From assembly GCA_016235455.1 (NCBI GenBank), contig JACRKZ010000012.1:32001-96000 (forward strand): DNA of 64,000 nt, given 5' to 3'. Each line of letters opens with the position of its first letter. Within the stretch, counting starts at the first letter, position 1. A model generated the notes under the pieces. It saw nothing but the letters and a program-made list of their open reading frames with translations. It had not been told where the DNA came from and did no database searches. This DNA comes from Armatimonadota bacterium. GTDB taxonomy: Bacteria > Armatimonadota > UBA10988. This document shows positions 57,943 through 64,000 of this stretch, piece after piece. A program made the position numbers and the translations under genes.

Positions 57943-59438
57943 CGGAACGCAGACCACGGCTGGCGGTGGCCATCGGCCTGATGGCGCTGGGGCTGTGTCT
58001 GCTGACCACACGCGGATCGTTAGGTGGTGGCCAGGACGAGGAGCTTCCTTTCCTGGTCACCCAGTCCCTCTGGCGCACCCACCACCTCGCCCTGGATGAG
58101 CCGACCATGGCCTACGTGCGTACGCACGTCAGCCAGTGGACCGACGCCGTGCGCGAGGGCCGCGACGGCCGCTACTGGTCCGTCTTCGGACCCGCCCAAT
58201 CGCTGGCCGCATTGCCGCTCTACACCCTGGCCAGCGTGGTCACCGCCGGCCAACCCGAGACCGTTGCCAGGGCCACGCTGGTGCGCTGGTGTTGTGCGCT
58301 TAACCCCCTGCTGACCGGCCTGACGGCCGCGCTGCTGGCCTGGTGGCTGATGCTGCTGGCACCCGAGCGGCCGCGGCGCGCCGCCCTGGCAGGGCTGCTG
58401 GCCGTGTTGGCTACCCCGCTCTGGCCCTATGCCAAGACGTTCATGGCCGAGCCGCTGAGCGCGCTCTGCTTCCTGGCCGCGGCCTTCGCTGCCGGACGCG
58501 CCGGGCACGGCCGGCGCGTCCTGTGCTGGGCCTGGTGCGGCGGCCTGGCCCTGGCGCTGGCCATGCTCAATCGCCCGCACAACCTGATCCTGTGGCCGGC
58601 ACTGGGCCTGCTGGCGGGTTGGCCACGCGACCCGCGCCGGCATCTGGCCTTCGGCGCCGCGCCGGCGGCGACCGCGCTGTGGTGGCTGTGGTTCAACACC
58701 CAGCGCTTTGGCCGCCCGCTGGACTTCGGCTACCTGGCGGCGATCCAAGGCGACTTCTCGCTGTCCTTCCTGCCGGTCGGCGTGGTCGGTCAAATGCTGT
58801 CGCCGGGCCGCGGGCTCCTGTGGTATGCGCCGTTGGCGGTGCTGGTGGCGTGGGCCTGGCCGCGACGGTGCAGTCCCCCCTGTCGTCCCCCCGCCATCGG
58901 GCGGACGGACACCAAGGCTCCCTCCCCGCTCGCGGGGAGGGTTGGGGTGGGGGCCGCCGCAGACCACCCCACGTCCCTGCTGCTTCTCGCCGCCTGCCTG
59001 ACGCCGCTGCTGTTCTACGGCGCGCGCAGCAACTGGTGGGGCAGTTGGTGCTGGGGACCCCGCTATCTGGTGCCCATCCTGCCTCTGCTGGCGGTGCTGG
59101 CAGCCCGGGGCGCCGAGCGCGCGCCGCGCTGGCTGGTGAGGGTGGTCGTGGCCTGGGGAGTGGCGGCGGCGCTGGCCGGGCTGGTCACTTACAACGGGCT
59201 CTACCAGGACTTCGTCTGGCAGCGCGACGGGTCGTTTGCGCGACTGCTGTGGCGTCCGCTGGACTCGCCGCTGGTGGGCCACTGGCTGATGCTCGGGCGC
59301 GCGCCGGTGGACCTGATGTGCTGGCAACTACTGCGAGTCGATCCGGTGTTGGGCGCGGCCCATGGTATCCTGCGTGCGGCGCCGGCCATGGCGGGGTGGT
59401 GGCTGTGGCGGAGGCGCGACGAGGTGACCGGCAACTGA
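57939..59438 (+). CDS. Polytopic membrane protein, GT-C-fold glycosyltransferase-like
   Basis: DE after TM1, YAKTFMAEP, SPGRGLLWYAP, WGPRYLVP; ATGA overlap. Confidence 0.7.
   Translation: MTERRPRLAVAIGLMALGLCLLTTRGSLGGGQDEELPFLVTQSLWRTHHLALDEPTMAYVRTHVSQWTDAVREGRDGRYWSVFGPAQSLAALPLYTLASVVTAGQPETVARATLVRWCCALNPLLTGLTAALLAWWLMLLAPERPRRAALAGLLAVLATPLWPYAKTFMAEPLSALCFLAAAFAAGRAGHGRRVLCWAWCGGLALALAMLNRPHNLILWPALGLLAGWPRDPRRHLAFGAAPAATALWWLWFNTQRFGRPLDFGYLAAIQGDFSLSFLPVGVVGQMLSPGRGLLWYAPLAVLVAWAWPRRCSPPCRPPAIGRTDTKAPSPLAGRVGVGAAADHPTSLLLLAACLTPLLFYGARSNWWGSWCWGPRYLVPILPLLAVLAARGAERAPRWLVRVVVAWGVAAALAGLVTYNGLYQDFVWQRDGSFARLLWRPLDSPLVGHWLMLGRAPVDLMCWQLLRVDPVLGAAHGILRAAPAMAGWWLWRRRDEVTGN
58918..58954 (+). 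repeat. 37-bp REP-like palindromic element, copy 2, inside a loop of the GT-C gene
   Basis: Identical to the reverse complement of 9819-9855. Confidence 0.9.
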
Positions 59439-61123
59439 TGGGCAGCAACTTCGGATCGGCGATGGGGCGTCGCATCGCGCCGCTGCTGGCGGTCTTGGCG
59501 TTGTGGCTGCTGGGCACGGCCACGCTGGTCGCCTGGCTGAAGGCCGACAACTTCCCGCCGGCATGGGACGTGGCCTGGCACACGAGCTGGAGCCTCACCT
59601 ACCGTGCCGCCTTCGACCACCAGAGCCTGTTCGGCAAGCTGTCCACGCTGGCCTCGGCCTCGCACTACTACCCGCCGTTGGTCCATGCCTGCGGCGCCTG
59701 GCTGCTGGGGCTGTTCGGCACGCTGTCGCCCAACTGGCCGGGCCTGAGCACGGCCGACGTTGTGGTGCTCACCAACATCGGCTTCATGGGCCTGATGCTG
59801 TTCGGCACCTATGCCGCCGCGAATCGGCTGTACGGCGCGCGCGCCGGTGTGGTCGCGGCATTCCTGGTGCTCACCTACCCCATTCTCGCCGGCCAGTCGC
59901 GGCTGTTCCTGCTGGACTATCCGCTTACCGGCCTGGCCGCCGTGGTCATGGCGTTGCTGTTGGCCAGCCGTGGGCTGACCCATCGTGGCTGGGTCTGGCC
60001 ACTGGGCCTGGCGCTCGGGCTGGCCGTGCTGTGCAAGTGGTCGTTCGCCTTCCTGGTCTTCTGGCCTTTGGCCGTGGCGCTGGGCCAAGGCTGGCTCCGC
60101 CTGCGCTCGGGCGACGACGCCGAGCTGACTCCGACGCGGCTGATCTTCAACGTCGGTGCCGTGCTGGCCGCGGCGCTGGTGGTGGCCGGGCCGTGGTACC
60201 TGAGCCATCTGGGCGCGACGCTACACGAGCTGGGCCAGAGCGACCAGACCTGGCGAATCGACGGTGATCCGCTGTGGTGCTCGCCGGCCGGCCTGACCTA
60301 CTATGCGCGTTGCCTGCTGTCGCAACAGATCTTCCTGCCGCTGGCGCTGCTGGGTCTGGCCGGCACGGTGCGCGCCTGCCGGCGCTGGCATCGGCATGCG
60401 GGCACCGACCAGTTGTTGGCCTGGGTGGTGCTGGGCATGGTCATGCTGACGCCGGTGGCCAACAAGGACCCGCGCTTCTCCATGCCGCTGCTGCCGGCGC
60501 TGGCCGTGCTTACCGCCAGCCTGCTGGCCAGCGACGACGGACGCTGGCGGCCTTGGCAAGGTATCGTGGCCGCCGGCATCGTGCTGCTCGGGCTGCTACA
60601 ATGGCAGGGCGTGGCCACGGGCATACCCGGTTTGCCGGCTCGCGTCGGCCCAGCCTGGGCGCCGTTCTATGCCCAAGAGCCCCACTTGGCGCGGCATCCG
60701 TCGCACGGCGAATGGCCGCATGAGGCGCTGGCGCGCGACATCGCGCGGGTCACGCCAGCCGGTGGGCGAGTGGGCGTCGTGCCCAACGCGCCGCTGGTCA
60801 GTGAACTGAGCGTGCGCTATTGGGTGCAGCGCCAGATGATGCCCTATCTGATGGACCGCGACCGCAGCCTGACCGTGGAGAAGGCCAGCCACCAGGGCCA
60901 GGCCGCCACGGTGGCCAGCCTGGTGGCCGACCGGTACGACAGCCTGCTGCTGCTCACCGGCCGGCAGGGAGTTCATGCCGAGGTGGCCGAGGCGACCATG
61001 GCCAACCTGCGGCGAGACTGGAACCTGTTCGCCAAGAAGTACGCTTTGGTCAGCGAGTACAAGCTGCCCGAGGGTGAGACCATCAGCCTCTACGAGCTCC
61101 GCCTGACCGACGACAAGGACTGA
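59438..61123 (+). CDS. ArnT/PMT-family (GT39/GT83-like) glycosyltransferase
   Basis: PAWD, YYPPL, LLDYPLT, LAVLCKW, GPWY, NKDPRF; TGATG overlap. Confidence 0.82.
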   Translation: MGSNFGSAMGRRIAPLLAVLALWLLGTATLVAWLKADNFPPAWDVAWHTSWSLTYRAAFDHQSLFGKLSTLASASHYYPPLVHACGAWLLGLFGTLSPNWPGLSTADVVVLTNIGFMGLMLFGTYAAANRLYGARAGVVAAFLVLTYPILAGQSRLFLLDYPLTGLAAVVMALLLASRGLTHRGWVWPLGLALGLAVLCKWSFAFLVFWPLAVALGQGWLRLRSGDDAELTPTRLIFNVGAVLAAALVVAGPWYLSHLGATLHELGQSDQTWRIDGDPLWCSPAGLTYYARCLLSQQIFLPLALLGLAGTVRACRRWHRHAGTDQLLAWVVLGMVMLTPVANKDPRFSMPLLPALAVLTASLLASDDGRWRPWQGIVAAGIVLLGLLQWQGVATGIPGLPARVGPAWAPFYAQEPHLARHPSHGEWPHEALARDIARVTPAGGRVGVVPNAPLVSELSVRYWVQRQMMPYLMDRDRSLTVEKASHQGQAATVASLVADRYDSLLLLTGRQGVHAEVAEATMANLRRDWNLFAKKYALVSEYKLPEGETISLYELRLTDDKD

Positions 61124-61130
61124 CCTGCCG

Positions 61131-62591
61131 ATGCCCGAGCCCGAACTGCCCAGCACTCGCACACGCCGGCTGATGACCAACTCAGCCAAGGTTCTGGCCT
61201 CCCAGATCCTGGTGCGCGTGCTGTCGGTGGTGGCGCTGGTCTTGGTCGCCAACCGCGTCGAGGCCAAGACCTACGGCTTGTACAACAGCGCGCTCATCCT
61301 GGCCGGCAACTGGTCGGTCATGGCGCAGTTCGGCCTGCGCGTGCCGCTGCTGCGTGCCATGGCCCACCAGCCCGAGCGCTCCCGCGATATCCTGGCCCAG
61401 GTGCTGCTGCTGCGCGTGCTGTTTGGTCTGCTGACCGTCGGCCTGGCCGGCGCGTACGGGCTGCTCGAGTTCCACGGCGGGCGCGAACGCAGCATCTATG
61501 GCCTGCTGCTGCTGGCCAGCATCGCCAGCAGCCTGTCACTGACCTACGAGGAAGCGTTGCAGAGCCGCGACAGCTTCGGCCGCGCGGCGTGGGTGACGCT
61601 GCTCAACGGTCTGGCCGTCAATGCCGGCATGATCATCGGCGCGCTGCTGGGCCGGCCCATCGCCTGGGCCGTGGGCAGCCAGCTGGCCGGCTCGGTGCTG
61701 TCGTTCGTCATGCTGGCGCGCTACTGCGCTCGCGAGTTCGAGGCTCGCCCGCTGCGGCTGTTCTGGGACCGCGCCATGGCCAGCGACCTGCTGCGGCTGG
61801 CCGCGGGAGCCGCCGTCACCATGTTCATCGGCGTGTGGTATGGCCGGGCCGACCTGCTCATGGCCCGCGCCTTCCTGACCGACACGCAGGTCGGGCAGTA
61901 CAGCGTGCCGTTGCGCGCGCTGGACATGGCGCTGGCGGCGACCATGGCCTGCGCGGTCACCGCGCAGCCGTTGCTGTCGCGTTCGGCGGCGGCCGGCGAC
62001 GGCTCGCACTACCGCCAGGCGGCGACGCTGTTGCGCGTCGGGGCGCTCATCTTCGTGCCCGCCTGCATCGTCGTGGGCGACCTGGCGTTTGTGCTGCTCA
62101 AGGTCTTCCGCCCCGAGTACCGGCAGGGCGCCGAGGCGCTGGGCGTGCTGTTCTGGGTCACGCTATGGACCTACTACGGCGCCATCATCCACCACCTGCT
62201 GTTCCTGGCCAACCGCGGCTGGTCGGTGGCCGCCTGCCTGCTGTGCGGACTGCTCACCTCGCTGGCCGTGGGCCTCTATGCCGTGCCGCGCTGGGGCATT
62301 ACCGGCGCCGCCGCGGCGCGGCTGTCGGGCGAGATGGTCGTCTGCGCCGCCTCGGTCATCGCGCTGCGCCAACTGACGCGCATGGGCTGGACCACCATCG
62401 TGCTCAAGCCCGCGGGCATGGGCCTGGCCATGGCCGCCGTGTGGATGCTGTGGCCCTATGGCCCGTGGTACTGGCGCTCACCGGCCAGTCTGGCCGTCTA
62501 TGCGGTGCTGGCCTTCCTGGTGCAGCCGCTCTCGCGCGACGAGTGGCTGGCGATTCGCGGCGCGCTGAGCCGGCGTTCCGTGGTATCCTGA
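61131..62591 (+). CDS. Wzx-type oligosaccharide flippase (MOP family)
   Basis: Many TM helices; YGRAD, VGQYS, PRWGITGAAAA. Confidence 0.85.
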   Translation: MPEPELPSTRTRRLMTNSAKVLASQILVRVLSVVALVLVANRVEAKTYGLYNSALILAGNWSVMAQFGLRVPLLRAMAHQPERSRDILAQVLLLRVLFGLLTVGLAGAYGLLEFHGGRERSIYGLLLLASIASSLSLTYEEALQSRDSFGRAAWVTLLNGLAVNAGMIIGALLGRPIAWAVGSQLAGSVLSFVMLARYCAREFEARPLRLFWDRAMASDLLRLAAGAAVTMFIGVWYGRADLLMARAFLTDTQVGQYSVPLRALDMALAATMACAVTAQPLLSRSAAAGDGSHYRQAATLLRVGALIFVPACIVVGDLAFVLLKVFRPEYRQGAEALGVLFWVTLWTYYGAIIHHLLFLANRGWSVAACLLCGLLTSLAVGLYAVPRWGITGAAAARLSGEMVVCAASVIALRQLTRMGWTTIVLKPAGMGLAMAAVWMLWPYGPWYWRSPASLAVYAVLAFLVQPLSRDEWLAIRGALSRRSVVS

Positions 62592-62613
62592 CCGCTGTCG
62601 AGGGGCCGTCACG

Positions 62614-63519
62614 GTGTCTCCAACTGCCAGCCTGGGCGTGTCCATCTGCATCGTGGCCTACAACTCCCTGGACAAGCTGCGCGCCTGCCTCGACAGCATC
62701 CTCGCCCAGTCCACGCCGCGCGCCGTCGAGACCATTCTGGTCGACAATGCCTCCGCCGAACCGGTGGCTGCCGCCGTGGCCGCCGAGTATCCGTGGGTCC
62801 GGTTGACCGCCAACACCGACAACCTTGGCTTTGCCGGCGGCACCAATCTGGCGGTGAGCAAGGCGTCCCACGCCTTGCGACTGCTACTCAACCCCGACAC
62901 CGTGCTGCCCGAGCCGGACACGCTGGAGCGCTACTGCGCGGCGTTCGAGGCCGAGCCGGGGCTCGGCGCGCTGGGCTGCCACCTGCAGTATCCCGACGGC
63001 ACCACGCAGGCCATCGTCGGCTATCGGCCGACGGCCGGCTGGATGATCCGCGATCTGCTGCACTGCGCGCCGCGCCGACCGGCCCTGCCCGCCGGCGACG
63101 GCGTGCTGCCCACCGAGTTCATCAGCGGTGCGGCGCTGCTCACCTCGGCGGCCACCTGGCAGGCGGTTGGCCCGCTCGATGAGGGCTACTTCATGTACTT
63201 CGAGGATGTCGACTGGTGCCGCCGCGCCGAGCGGCTGGGCTATCGGCTGGCGGCGGCGCCGGGCATCGTCATCGTCCACCATGAGGGCGCCAGCTACGGC
63301 GGCCGCGAATTCATCCGGCGCGAGCATTTCTGGCGGGCCCTGGTGCGCTACCTGCGGCGGCACGACGGCGCTGCCGCGGCCGGGGCGCTGCGCGTGGTGC
63401 TGGCCCTGGGCGCGCTGGTCAAGCTGCCCCTGACCGCATTGGGGGATCGCTCGCCCCAGCGCGCGGCCCGGCTCGGCCTGCTCCGCGCACAACTGCGCCT
63501 GGGACTGTGGGGTCCGTGA
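62614..63519 (+). CDS. Glycosyltransferase family 2 (WbbL-like)
   Basis: IVAYNS, VDNAS, NLGFAGGTN, LLNPD, YFMYFEDVDWC. Confidence 0.9.
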   Translation: MSPTASLGVSICIVAYNSLDKLRACLDSILAQSTPRAVETILVDNASAEPVAAAVAAEYPWVRLTANTDNLGFAGGTNLAVSKASHALRLLLNPDTVLPEPDTLERYCAAFEAEPGLGALGCHLQYPDGTTQAIVGYRPTAGWMIRDLLHCAPRRPALPAGDGVLPTEFISGAALLTSAATWQAVGPLDEGYFMYFEDVDWCRRAERLGYRLAAAPGIVIVHHEGASYGGREFIRREHFWRALVRYLRRHDGAAAAGALRVVLALGALVKLPLTALGDRSPQRAARLGLLRAQLRLGLWGP

Positions 63520-64000
63520 TGCCAACGCTCTCCGCCGTGCTCATCGTCCGCAACGAAGAGGCCGTGCTGCCGCGCTGCCTGGCCAGCCTGGCCGGCTGGG
63601 TCGACGAGATCGTCGTGGTCGACGACCACAGCACCGACGCCAGCGCCGAGTTGGCCCGCGCCGCCGGCGCCAAGGTGGTGCAGCGACGGCTCGACCGGTT
63701 CGACGTGCAGCGCAACTTCGGCGTGGCGCAGTCGACCGGCGAGTGGATCCTCAGCATCGACGCCGACGAGGTGGTCACACCGGCCCTGGCGCGCGAGATC
63801 CGCGAGGTCATCGCCGCGGCCGACGCGGCGGACATCTACGGGGTGCCCTTCCTGCACCGCATGTTCGGCCGCTGGCCGCGCCATGGCGGTTGGCAGGAGC
63901 CGCTGCGACGGCTCTACCGGCGTGAGGTGCGCTGGGCGGGCGCGGTGCATGAGCGCGTGGCCCAGGGCTGGCGCGAGGGTGTGCTGACCAGCCCCATCCT
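63519..64000 (+). CDS. Glycosyltransferase family 2 (partial; runs off window end)
   Basis: Read by hand: MPTLSAVLIVRNEE...VVVDDHSTD...QRNFG...WILSIDADE...VHE. Confidence 0.88.
   Translation, partial: MPTLSAVLIVRNEEAVLPRCLASLAGWVDEIVVVDDHSTDASAELARAAGAKVVQRRLDRFDVQRNFGVAQSTGEWILSIDADEVVTPALAREIREVIAAADAADIYGVPFLHRMFGRWPRHGGWQEPLRRLYRREVRWAGAVHERVAQGWREGVLTSPI

Noticed and set aside
58343-59437. Extension making the ArnT-like ORF 926 aa
   Set aside because: Out-of-frame overlap with the upstream GT-C gene; TGATG coupling places the start at 59438.

Overview
A very GC-rich bacterial chromosomal segment with about 46 real CDS, one tRNA-Lys(UUU), and no CRISPR array, rRNA, integrase or transposase that I can see. 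The mix of a DUF1559/H-X9-DG prepilin-like gene, many large secreted carbohydrate-active proteins and HEAT-repeat genes suggests Armatimonadota or a similar lineage (inference). Contents in order: a two-component/HDOD signalling operon; secreted glycan-processing proteins (GH-like split gene, PL17/heparinase-like lyase, GH38-like, SGNH-GH95 fusion); an orphan N6-adenine MTase coupled to ppk2; HD-GYP; a kinase/degenerate GGDEF/sigma54-activator operon; malQ; a pbpA-rodA-like pair; a Het-C-like secreted protein; smc; and a surface-glycosylation operon. Best leads: (1) an apparent operon of a membrane-anchored HhH protein, a 14-repeat HEAT protein and SMC; (2) a roughly 250-nt highly structured 5' leader in front of a 60-aa lipoprotein; (3) several REP-like palindrome families, including a 37-bp element read in different frames inside two genes and a REP pair inside a duplicated pbp-rodA junction that preserves translational coupling. 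All family calls come from motif recognition by eye, not database searches. Most long alternative-frame ORFs in the track are GC shadow ORFs.
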